Shown here: piece by piece, positions 19,463 through 28,136 of the stretch
Numbering within the stretch: the first letter of the stretch is position 1
Layout: the number at the start of each line of letters is the position of its first letter
Source: Anaerococcus sp.
GTDB taxonomy: Bacteria > Bacillota > Clostridia > Tissierellales > Peptoniphilaceae
Assembly (NCBI GenBank): GCA_030532385.1
Contig: JAUNLG010000002.1
Coordinates: 28,992 to 92,991 of the forward strand
Direction: 5' to 3'
DNA length: 64,000 nucleotides
Notes under the pieces: model-generated
What the model saw: only the letters and a program-made list of their open reading frames with translations
What the model was told of the DNA's origin: nothing
The model's database searches: none
Made by a program: the position numbers and the translations under genes

Positions 19463-20821
19463 ATGAAATTTAGACAAGAAGAAGATTCCATAGGAATAGT
19501 AAATGTAGATGCTAACCACTATTGGGGGGCACAGACTCAAAGAAGTCTAGAGAACTTCCCTCAAGGTGTAGAATTGATGCCAAAATCTCAAGTAATGGCC
19601 CTAGTAGCTATAAAAAGATGTGCAGCTATTGTAAATAATAGGGAAAACAAACTTGATGATAAAAGAAAAGACCTTATAGTAGATGCTTGTGATAGGATCC
19701 TTAAGGGAGAATTTGACCAAGAATTTCCTCTAACAGTTTGGCAAACAGGATCTGGAACCCAAACTAATATGAATGTAAACGAGGTTATATCTCATATAGC
19801 CAACAAGGATGAAAAAGTAATCCACCCAAATGACCATGTAAATATGTCACAAAGTTCCAATGACGTATTTCCAACAGCCATGCACCTATCAACCCTAAAG
19901 AACTTGCATGAGAATTTATTAGTTGAAATAAAAGAAACTATACTTTGCCTAAAAGACTTGGAAGAAGAAAATTCTGATATAATAAAGACAGGTAGGACCC
20001 ACCTTCAGGATGCAACTCCTGTAAAATTATCTCAAGAAATCTCAGCTTGGAGAACTTCTATAGAAAGAAACCTTGCTTTAATAGAGCAAACATCAAAAGA
20101 CCTAACCTACCTTGCAATTGGTGGAACAGCTGTAGGTACAGGAATTAATGCCAAAAAAGAATTTGGAGACCAAATGGCTGAAGAATTATCAAGGTTTTTA
20201 GACCTAGATTTAAAATCAGATGAAAATAAATTCTTCCAACTATCTTCCAAATCAAGCCTAGTAAATGTCCATGGGACAATAAAGGCCTTGGCAACAGATC
20301 TTTATAAGATAGCCAATGATATAAGATTTTTATCATGTGGACCAAGGTGTGGTATAGGAGAACTTATAATACCAGCAAATGAACCAGGCTCATCAATAAT
20401 GCCAGGAAAGGTAAACCCAACCCAAATTGAATCTATAACAATGGTTGCAATAAAAGTTATGGCCAATGACTTTGCTATAGCAATGGCAAATACCCAAGGC
20501 CAACTTCAATTAAATGCTTATATGCCTTTGATAATCCATTCAATGGATAATTCTATAATACTTCTATCAAAATCTCTTAGATGTTTTAGAGAAAAACTAT
20601 TAAAAGACCTTAAAGCTAATAAAGAAGTCATAGACTCAAACTTAGAGAACTCACTTATGTTAGTAACCAGCCTATCTCCACACATTGGTTATGATAAGGC
20701 AAGTGAAATTGCAAAATATGCTTATAATAATAAATTAACCCTTAAACAAGCTAGCTTAAAACTTGGATATTTAAGCGAAGAAGAGTTTGATAAATATGTA
20801 GATGCTAAAAAAATGGTATAA
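19463..20821 (+). CDS. fumC: Class II fumarate hydratase
   Basis: WGAQTQRS, WQTGSGTQTNMN, SQSSND, GRTHLQDA, GSSIMPGKVNPTQ. Confidence 0.95.
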   Translation: MKFRQEEDSIGIVNVDANHYWGAQTQRSLENFPQGVELMPKSQVMALVAIKRCAAIVNNRENKLDDKRKDLIVDACDRILKGEFDQEFPLTVWQTGSGTQTNMNVNEVISHIANKDEKVIHPNDHVNMSQSSNDVFPTAMHLSTLKNLHENLLVEIKETILCLKDLEEENSDIIKTGRTHLQDATPVKLSQEISAWRTSIERNLALIEQTSKDLTYLAIGGTAVGTGINAKKEFGDQMAEELSRFLDLDLKSDENKFFQLSSKSSLVNVHGTIKALATDLYKIANDIRFLSCGPRCGIGELIIPANEPGSSIMPGKVNPTQIESITMVAIKVMANDFAIAMANTQGQLQLNAYMPLIIHSMDNSIILLSKSLRCFREKLLKDLKANKEVIDSNLENSLMLVTSLSPHIGYDKASEIAKYAYNNKLTLKQASLKLGYLSEEEFDKYVDAKKMV

Positions 20822-20831
20822 GGAGAAAAAT

Positions 20832-22007
20832 ATGGATAATTTAAAAGAAAGAGCCCTTCAACTACATAAGGACATTCAAGGAAAAATTTCAACAGAATTA
20901 AAAACTCAACTAGAAAACAAGGATGACTTGGCCTTGGTATATTCACCAGGAGTAGCAGAACCTTGTAAGAAAATTCATGAAAATGAGGAAGATGCCTACC
21001 TTTATACATCAAAAGCAAACACCATTGCTGTAATCTCTGATGGTACAGCAGTCCTAGGTCTTGGTGACATAGGTCCAAAGGCTGCCCTACCAGTAATGGA
21101 AGGTAAGGCTTGCTTGTTTAAAAAATTTGGTGGATTAAATGCGGTTGCCCTAGTTGTAGATACAAAGGATACAGAAGAGATTATAAATTTTGTAAAGGCT
21201 GTATCTCCAACCTTTGGAGGAATAAACCTAGAAGATATATCATCACCAAGGTGTATAGAAATAGAAACTAGGCTTAAGGAAGAATTAGACATTCCAGTTT
21301 TCCACGATGACCAACACGGAACAGCGATTGTAACAATAGCTGCCCTAATAAATTCTTTAAAATTAGTAGGCAAAAAGCCAGAAGAATGTAATGTGGTAAT
21401 AAGTGGTGTTGGAGCTGCCGGATCATCAATAGTAAGAATGTTAAATGACTTTGGAATAAATGATATTTATGCCTTTAACTCAAAGGGAATCCTAAGAGAA
21501 GGGGTAGAATATTCTAAAGACTTATACAAAAAACTTGCCCAAGAAACTAACAAGGAAAATAAAGACTTAAGTTTAGAAGAAGCCATGAAAGATGCAGATA
21601 TTTTTGTAGGAGTTTCAGTACCAAACAAAATCAATAAAGAAATGGTTAAATCAATGAGAAGAGATCCTATAATACTTGCTATGGCAAATCCTGACCCAGA
21701 GATAGACTATGATGATGCAAAAGAAGCAGGTGCAAGAGTTGTTGGAACTGGAAGAAGCGATTATCCTAACCAAGTAAACAATGTTCTTGCCTTCCCAGGC
21801 CTATTTAAGGGAGCCTTAAAGGTACGTTCTAAAAAAATCACAGAAAGTATGAAAATAGCCGCAGCAGAAGCTATAGCTTCCCTAGTAGATGAAAGTGAAT
21901 TAAAAGATGACTATGTAATTCCTTCACCATTTGACATGAGGGTGGCAGATGTAGTTGCTGATGCAGTAGCTAAGTGTGCAAGAGAAGAAGGAATAGCACA
22001 AAAATAA
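20832..22007 (+). CDS. NAD(P)-dependent malic enzyme
   Basis: YSPGVAEPC, DGTAVLGLGDIG, MEGK, INLEDI, FHDDQHGTA, ANPDPEI, GRSDYPNQVNN; ATG at 20832 follows AAGGAG. Confidence 0.93.
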   Translation: MDNLKERALQLHKDIQGKISTELKTQLENKDDLALVYSPGVAEPCKKIHENEEDAYLYTSKANTIAVISDGTAVLGLGDIGPKAALPVMEGKACLFKKFGGLNAVALVVDTKDTEEIINFVKAVSPTFGGINLEDISSPRCIEIETRLKEELDIPVFHDDQHGTAIVTIAALINSLKLVGKKPEECNVVISGVGAAGSSIVRMLNDFGINDIYAFNSKGILREGVEYSKDLYKKLAQETNKENKDLSLEEAMKDADIFVGVSVPNKINKEMVKSMRRDPIILAMANPDPEIDYDDAKEAGARVVGTGRSDYPNQVNNVLAFPGLFKGALKVRSKKITESMKIAAAEAIASLVDESELKDDYVIPSPFDMRVADVVADAVAKCAREEGIAQK

Positions 22008-22054
22008 ATACTTCCAATTAATAAATGATTAATTCTTGATTGCTACTATATTAT

Positions 22055-22092
22055 AAAAAACAAGTAAAACCTAGGTTTTACTTGTTTTTTTT
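22055..22092. terminator. Bidirectional terminator (perfect palindrome)
   Basis: AAAAAACAAGTAAAACCTAGGTTTTACTTGTTTTTT between convergent genes. Confidence 0.85.
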
Positions 22093-22101
22093 GTGAAAAA
22101 A

Positions 22102-22614
22102 TTATAAGTTCATTTCTATATATTCAATTAAGGCATGGATTAGGTCATCTGAGGACTTATAAATTCTTGGTTTTTCAAAAATATTTCCATCCCTATCAGC
22201 ATAGGATAAGCCTGTAACAAGCTTATTAATATAAAGAAAGTCATTTTGGAATATATCCTTTTTCATCTCCAAAAGCTTATCATCCCTATCATTACCGGTA
22301 AGTCTTATATCAGTATAAAGTTGAAATATTGGGATATTTCTTTCAAAAGCTATACCCATTTCAGCAGCAAGTCCTAGGTCTTTGGTATCCATAAGACCGA
22401 TAAGAAGGTCTGACTTTTTTAGTCTCTCATAATCAGCTAAGAGAATTTGATAGGTTGAGGCAAAGCCTGCAGCCTTATCATTAATCTCTAGGTTATCAGC
22501 CGGATTGTAAAGGTCAATTTTATCTTTAAATCTTTCTTCTAATGCATTTTGGACCTTTTTAGCTTGTAGCCTCTGCCCTTCAATAAATAAGTCACATCCT
22601 AAATATATTTTCAT
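22102..22614 (-). CDS. Nucleoside 2-deoxyribosyltransferase / N-glycosidase family protein
   Basis: MKIYLG..LF, LYNP, SDLLIGLMD, DLGLAAEMGIAF; ATG at 22614 follows GAGGTG. Confidence 0.75.
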   Translation of the reverse strand: MKIYLGCDLFIEGQRLQAKKVQNALEERFKDKIDLYNPADNLEINDKAAGFASTYQILLADYERLKKSDLLIGLMDTKDLGLAAEMGIAFERNIPIFQLYTDIRLTGNDRDDKLLEMKKDIFQNDFLYINKLVTGLSYADRDGNIFEKPRIYKSSDDLIHALIEYIEMNL

Positions 22615-22694
22615 AATTATCACCTCACTCCTATTATATCAAATAAAACCTTACTAAAAGCATATTTATCCTATATAATATAAGAGAGGTGTAT

Positions 22695-24479
22695 ATGTAT
22701 AATAATATAAAAATTCTATCAGCAAATTCTAAGCTTAAACTTGCTGATCCTACTTATAACAAAGAAAAAATCAAAGAAATATTTAAAAAAGCTGATGAAG
22801 AAAAAATAGACTTGATTAGTTTGGGAGAATTATCCCTAACAGGGGCTAGTCTTTATGATTTGTATAGGGAAGATGTCCTTATAGGTGAAGTCTATAAGGC
22901 CATAGAAGACTTGCTTGATTTTTCTAAAAATCTAAGTCCTATCCTAGCCTTAACCAGCATTTTAAAAAAAGGAGCCAACCTATATAATGCCTGCTTGATA
23001 ATTTATAGGGGTGAGATTTTGGACATATTTGTAAAAGAAAATCTCAAAAAATATGAAAAAATGGTATTTTCTAATACAATTCCAGAATATTTTAGGATTA
23101 ATTCTAGGGATATTAAGGTTAACAATAATATTCCTCTTGAAATAAAGGATATAAAACTTGGAATATCCATAGGAGAAGATGAGAAATCTCCAATACCAAG
23201 GTCTCTAATTTTTAAGCAGGGGGGAGCCAATGTAATTTTAAATCCTCATGCCTATGAAAGATATATTCTTTCAGAAGAAAACCATAAAGAAGCCATTAGA
23301 TATTTATCAAAGGATATAATTTATATATCTACTCCACCAGGGGTTGATGAGTCATCCACAGACTTTGTCTACCAGACAAATAATATAATAGCAGATAATG
23401 GAAAAATAATCGATAAATCCAAAGACCCCTTAACAGGCATCTTTAGGATTAGGTCAAGCAAAGAAGATTGGTCAAAGACTTATAAAGACATAGAAAAATT
23501 TCCTTACCTACCTAAAGATAATTCACATATTGAGGAATATATAAAAGATGCCTTCGAAATAGCAGCAGAAGGTCTTATGACAAGGCTTAGAAAAATTCAT
23601 ATCAAGGATGTCTACCTAGGTCTTTCAGGTGGACTTGACTCAACTATGGCTCTTTTATTCATATACTATGGTTTTGAAAAATATGGCATAAGTAAAGATC
23701 ACATCCATCTTATAACCATGCCAGCCTTTGGAACAAGCAAAAGAACAAAGTCAAATGCCCACCTGCTGGCAGCTGCCTTGGGACTTTCTTTAAAGGAAAT
23801 TGATATATCAGAAGCGGTAAGGATCCACCTAAGGGACCTAGGTCATGATGGGAAAAGCCAGGATATAACCTATGAAAATGCCCAAGCTAGGGAAAGGACC
23901 CAGGTTCTATTTGACCTAGCCAATAAGGGGTCAGGTCTTGTTATTGGGACAGGAGACCTTTCTGAGGCCATGCAGGGCTTTGCAACCTATAATGGAGATC
24001 ATATGTCAAATTATGCCATAAATTCTTCCTTAACTAAGACCCATCTTAGGTATATTATAGGGAAAGTTTTAGAAAAAACTTCCAATAAAGACTTAAAAAT
24101 AGTCCTAGAAGATATCCTAGCTACCCCTATATCTCCAGAACTTAAGAATGAATCTAGTGATGGTATAAGTCAAAGGACTGAGGATATAATAGGTCCTTAT
24201 GAGCTAATAGACTTTTTTATCTACCAGCAACTTAAGAATAAATATAGTCCAAAAGAGATTTTTTATAGGGCAAAGATTGCCTTTGAAGATTCCTATGATG
24301 AAAAGACCATAGAAAAATGGCTTAGGTCTTATTATAAAAGATTTGTAGCAAGTCAATTTAAGAGGTCTGCTTCAGTAGATGGTGTATCTATAACTGGCCT
24401 ATCCTATTCACCTAGGACAGGCTATAAGATCCCTTCTGATCTAAGTAGTGAAATTTACCTAGGAGATATAAGTGAATAA
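22695..24479 (+). CDS. nadE: NAD+ synthetase, two-domain (Gln-dependent type) with degenerate glutaminase domain
   Basis: LGLSGGLDST, ENAQARER, GTGDLSE, ATYNGD, ISPEL, QRTEDIIGPYEL, SQFKRS; the nitrilase domain reads IGED instead of ICED. Confidence 0.9.
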   Translation: MYNNIKILSANSKLKLADPTYNKEKIKEIFKKADEEKIDLISLGELSLTGASLYDLYREDVLIGEVYKAIEDLLDFSKNLSPILALTSILKKGANLYNACLIIYRGEILDIFVKENLKKYEKMVFSNTIPEYFRINSRDIKVNNNIPLEIKDIKLGISIGEDEKSPIPRSLIFKQGGANVILNPHAYERYILSEENHKEAIRYLSKDIIYISTPPGVDESSTDFVYQTNNIIADNGKIIDKSKDPLTGIFRIRSSKEDWSKTYKDIEKFPYLPKDNSHIEEYIKDAFEIAAEGLMTRLRKIHIKDVYLGLSGGLDSTMALLFIYYGFEKYGISKDHIHLITMPAFGTSKRTKSNAHLLAAALGLSLKEIDISEAVRIHLRDLGHDGKSQDITYENAQARERTQVLFDLANKGSGLVIGTGDLSEAMQGFATYNGDHMSNYAINSSLTKTHLRYIIGKVLEKTSNKDLKIVLEDILATPISPELKNESSDGISQRTEDIIGPYELIDFFIYQQLKNKYSPKEIFYRAKIAFEDSYDEKTIEKWLRSYYKRFVASQFKRSASVDGVSITGLSYSPRTGYKIPSDLSSEIYLGDISE

Positions 24480-25269
24480 GAAAAGATTAGCCCTGGGCTT
24501 ATCAGCCATGACCCTGGCAGTTTATTTGGATAGGCAGGCCTTTAAAGCAAGGGAGAGCAGGGTAGTATTAAGGTCAAAAAAAGCACTTGAAGATATTAGG
24601 ATTAGCCAAATAAGTGACTTTCATTCAAATGTCATCGGCAATTTAGATGATCTTTTAGGAAAAATTAGAAGCTTTGATCCCCACTTTATAATACTTACAG
24701 GAGATATAATTGATTATGGAGAGGATAAAAAGATAGCCAGGTCCATGTACTTTCTTAAAAACCTAACAAGCCTTAGCAAACCTATCTTCTTTATTAGCGG
24801 CAACCATGAGGAAAGAGGGCCTAAGCTAGATGAATTTCTATCACAAATTAGGGCCTTAGGTATAAGGTATTTGGCAAATGAAAGTCTAAGATTTAAGCTT
24901 GGAAAGACAAAGATAAATCTTTTTGGGTCAAAATATTATGAAAGGACCTATAAGGACTATGCCTATGATCCAAAGGCTATAAATATTATCCTAAGCCACT
25001 CTTTTAAAAATATTAGAGATGACAAGATTTGTGATTTTGACTTTATTTTCTCAGGTCACACCCACGGAGGCCAGGTAAGACTTCCCTTCTTTGGTGGAAT
25101 TCTTGCTCCATCAGAAGGATTTTTGCCAAAATATGATAAGGGAATATTTTCTTATAAAAATGGTATAGTATATATTGATAGTGGACTTGGAAATACCTTT
25201 CTTCCTCTAAGGTTTTTAGACCAGATAGGTTATTCCAATATCACTATAAGTAATGGGTCTGTAGTTTAG
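24472..25269 (+). CDS. Metallophosphoesterase (YkuE-like)
   Basis: SDFH, TGDIID, SGNHE, LSH, SGHTHGGQ, SGLG. Confidence 0.9.
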   Translation: MNKKRLALGLSAMTLAVYLDRQAFKARESRVVLRSKKALEDIRISQISDFHSNVIGNLDDLLGKIRSFDPHFIILTGDIIDYGEDKKIARSMYFLKNLTSLSKPIFFISGNHEERGPKLDEFLSQIRALGIRYLANESLRFKLGKTKINLFGSKYYERTYKDYAYDPKAINIILSHSFKNIRDDKICDFDFIFSGHTHGGQVRLPFFGGILAPSEGFLPKYDKGIFSYKNGIVYIDSGLGNTFLPLRFLDQIGYSNITISNGSVV

Positions 25270-25328
25270 TGGCAAAATAAGGGTGTCCGAAGCCAAAGAT
25301 GGGGGTTCGATTCCCTCCAGGCCTGCCA
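25255..25328 (+). tRNA. tRNA with anticodon CCG on a Trp-like body (probable tRNA-Trp(CCG); software would call it Arg)
   Basis: Cloverleaf GGGTCTG-TA-GTTT AGTGGCA AAAT-A-AGGGT GTCCGAA GCCAA-AGAT-GGGGG TTCGATT CCCTC-CAGGCCT-G-CCA; 74 nt; encoded CCA end; anticodon at 25287-25289. Confidence 0.85.
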
Positions 25329-25342
25329 TTTATACTTATTAT

Positions 25343-25369
25343 AAAAGAGGGGCAGGGCTCCTTTTTTTT
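25343..25369 (+). terminator. Probable terminator after the tRNA
   Basis: Short GAGGGGC/GCTCCTT hairpin plus an 8-T tract. Confidence 0.55.
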
Positions 25370-25502
25370 ATGAGAATTTTAATTGATCTATATTAGGATA
25401 CTAGCACACAAAACAAATAATGCGACGATATATATTGCAAATTTTAAAGCTAAGAATATAATAATAATTATACAATTTTATTAAAAATTAAAAGGAGGTA
25501 AG

Positions 25503-26360
25503 ATGAAATTTGGACTAAGAGATAAGATCTGGATAACAGGATCTACTGGTAGACTAGGTTCTACCATCTATAGGTATCTTGATCCAATCGATGCAGAAAT
25601 TGTTGCTACTGACAAAAACGAGGTAGACATTACCAAGCAAAAAGAAGTTGCAACTTTTATAGAAAGGCTAAGACCAACTATAATTATAAATGCATCCGGT
25701 CTTTCAAAAAGAAATGAATGCGAAAAAAACCCTGACCAAGCATATTTATTAAATGCCATAGGGGCAAGAAATATAGCTATAGCAGGCAATAGGTTTAAGG
25801 CTAAGCTAATCCAGCTATCTACATCTGATGTCTTTGAGGGCAATACTCTTAGCCCCTATAAAGAGATAGATGAGGCTTTACCAAATACAGTTTACGGGAA
25901 AAGCAAGTATCTTGGAGAAGAATTTGTTAGAAATTTTTCAAATTATTATTTTATTATTAGGGTATCTAGGCTTTATTCAAGAGAAAATGCCTTTGTTGAA
26001 AGTCTTATAGACCAAGCTAAGACAGGCAAGGTTGTAATCCCAAAAGATAGGTTCTCATCGCCAACGCCAGCCTTTGAACTAAGTAAGTTCTTAATTGATT
26101 TAATGCAAACAAATAACTTTGGAACCTACCATGCTTCTTGCAATGGTGTTTGCTCACATAGGGAATTTGCTCAAGAACTTGTAGATTACCTAAAACTTGA
26201 CGCAAAAGTTATAGAAGAAGTAGATCCAAATAGGGTTGATTTTAGGCCTGCTTATAGGGGGATAGACAATTATTTTCTAAGGATTACAGGAGGCTATGAA
26301 TTTTTGGATTGGAAAAGTGCCCTTCATGAATACATAGATAAGGAGGGATTGAATGGATAA
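25503..26360 (+). CDS. RfbD/RmlD-like NAD(P)-dependent reductase (extended SDR)
   Basis: ITGSTGRLG, LSTSDVFEG, YGKSK, SSPT, GTYHAS. Confidence 0.8.
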   Translation: MKFGLRDKIWITGSTGRLGSTIYRYLDPIDAEIVATDKNEVDITKQKEVATFIERLRPTIIINASGLSKRNECEKNPDQAYLLNAIGARNIAIAGNRFKAKLIQLSTSDVFEGNTLSPYKEIDEALPNTVYGKSKYLGEEFVRNFSNYYFIIRVSRLYSRENAFVESLIDQAKTGKVVIPKDRFSSPTPAFELSKFLIDLMQTNNFGTYHASCNGVCSHREFAQELVDYLKLDAKVIEEVDPNRVDFRPAYRGIDNYFLRITGGYEFLDWKSALHEYIDKEGLNG

Positions 26361-27645
26361 GAAAGAAAAAAAACAAAGTAAGCAAAGATTTGGACTTTCC
26401 CAAAAAATATTTCTCTCCCTAATCCTTGGTATTGTAGCTGGAATTTTGATCCATTATTTTATGCCAGCAGGAGAATTTCGTGATGAAATCCTAGTAGAAG
26501 GAATTTTTTATACCATAGGTCAACTATTTATTAGACTTATGCAAATGCTTGTAGTTCCCTTGGTATTTTTCTCAATAGCTGAAGGATGTAGAAACCTTGG
26601 CGATACAGAAACCTTAGGTAAGGTTGGGTCTAGGATAGTAATATTCTATTTATTTACAACTGCCCTTGCTATAATAGTTGCCCTAGCCTTGGCAAGTATT
26701 ATAAACCCTGGCCAAGGGATGAATATCAATGTAGGAGAAAATTCTTTTGAAGTTGAAGGTAGTGGGGATATATCCCTATCAGAAACTATACTAAACTTCA
26801 TTCCAACTAACCCCATAGGGGCTCTAGCAAGTGGAGAGATGATTCAAATTATAGTGTTTTCTGTCCTAGTTGGTCTTTTGATAGCCTATATGGAAGATAG
26901 GATGACTACTTTGGGAAATATAGTAACAGAGATGAATGACCTCATGATGGGTATGACCATGTGGGTTATGAGGCTTGCTCCTATAGGAGTTTTTTTCCTA
27001 ATAGCAAGGACCTTTGCAACCCTAGGATATGATGTTATCCTATCAATGATTTCCTACATGCTAACAGTTCTAGGAGGACTCCTTGTTCAACTTCTCCTAG
27101 TTTATATGGTCCTTCTAGCAAGTTTTACAAGGGTAAATCCAATAAATTTTCTAAAGAAGTTCTTCCCTGTAATGACCTTTGCTTTTTCAACAGCATCATC
27201 ATCAGCTACAGTTCCTGTCAATATAAAAACCCTAGAAGAAATGGGAGTAGATAAAAAAATATCATCTTTTACCATTCCTCTTGGTGCTACAATAAATATG
27301 GATGGAACTGCAATAATGCAAGGCGTGGCAGTTGTTTTTATAGCAAATGTATATGGGATTGACCTTACAATGACAGACTTTATGACAGTAATCTTAACTG
27401 CAACTATCGCCTCAGTAGGTACAGCGGGAATACCTTCAGTAGGGCTAATAACCCTATCTATGGTCCTTCAATCAGTTGGACTTCCTGTAGAAGGTATAGC
27501 CATGATTATGGGAATAGATAGGATCCTTGATATGGCAAGGTCAGCTGTAAATATCAGTGGAGATGCCACAGGGACAATCATAGTTGCAAATTCATTAAAG
27601 GCCTTTGATGTAGAAAAATATATAAGAAGAGTAGAAAAAGCTTAA
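26353..27645 (+). CDS. Dicarboxylate/amino acid:cation symporter (DAACS)
   Basis: AFSTASSSATVP, PLGATINMDGT, DRILDMARSAVNISGD. Confidence 0.92.
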   Translation: MDKKEKKQSKQRFGLSQKIFLSLILGIVAGILIHYFMPAGEFRDEILVEGIFYTIGQLFIRLMQMLVVPLVFFSIAEGCRNLGDTETLGKVGSRIVIFYLFTTALAIIVALALASIINPGQGMNINVGENSFEVEGSGDISLSETILNFIPTNPIGALASGEMIQIIVFSVLVGLLIAYMEDRMTTLGNIVTEMNDLMMGMTMWVMRLAPIGVFFLIARTFATLGYDVILSMISYMLTVLGGLLVQLLLVYMVLLASFTRVNPINFLKKFFPVMTFAFSTASSSATVPVNIKTLEEMGVDKKISSFTIPLGATINMDGTAIMQGVAVVFIANVYGIDLTMTDFMTVILTATIASVGTAGIPSVGLITLSMVLQSVGLPVEGIAMIMGIDRILDMARSAVNISGDATGTIIVANSLKAFDVEKYIRRVEKA

Positions 27646-27694
27646 AAAAAGGGCTTTTGCATAACTTATCAATGATAAGATGCAAAAGCCTTTT
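27645..27694. terminator. Bidirectional terminator
   Basis: GGGCTTTTGCAT..CTTATC/GATAAG.ATGCAAAAGCCT long hairpin between convergent genes. Confidence 0.75.
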
Positions 27695-28106
27695 ATAATG
27701 TCTTTTGACAGTCAGGACAAATCCCTGAGAATTCAAAATTATGGCCACTTATAATAAAGCCAGTCTCCTCTTCAAGCCTTTGCTCAAGACTTGTTACAGG
27801 GCAATTTTTAATCAAAAATCTCCTATGGCAAATATTACAGCTAATAAAGTGCTTGTGGTCATTAGAATTAATCTGATAGTAACTTTTCCCATCAAGGTCT
27901 GTTGACTTAAGAAGGATCTTATTTTCCTCAAGAGTACTCAAGTTCCTATAGACAGTAGATAGGTCTAAGTTTATATCATCTTTTATATCCTTATAGACAT
28001 CTTCTGCTGATATTGGTTTAGAATCAGCTAAAAGAGCCTGTAAAATTAATTTTCTTTGTTTGGTAACCCTAAGATTTTTATCTTTAAGAGCTTTTATTAT
28101 ATCCAA
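27693..28106 (-). CDS. zur: Fur-family regulator, probably Zur
   Basis: RVTKQR, LSTVYRNL, HKHFISCNIC, GICPDC; divergent from a Zn ABC transporter. Confidence 0.85.
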   Translation of the reverse strand: MDIIKALKDKNLRVTKQRKLILQALLADSKPISAEDVYKDIKDDINLDLSTVYRNLSTLEENKILLKSTDLDGKSYYQINSNDHKHFISCNICHRRFLIKNCPVTSLEQRLEEETGFIISGHNFEFSGICPDCQKTL

Positions 28107-28136
28107 AATCTCACCTCTAAAAATACTATACTTTAT

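Noticed and set aside
11390-22100. nifJ to malic enzyme block as a mobile element (AT-rich flanks)
   Set aside because: No transposase, integrase or terminal repeats; the AT-rich flanks are explained by promoters and terminators.
25255-25328. Reading the tRNA as Gly(TCC) or as an ordinary Arg(CCG)
   Set aside because: The cloverleaf register puts CCG at 34-36 after U33. G73 does not fit Gly, and the Arg determinant A20 is absent.
25329-27645. Possible genomic island integrated at the tRNA
   Set aside because: No integrase, no visible duplicate of the tRNA 3' end, and the downstream genes look native.
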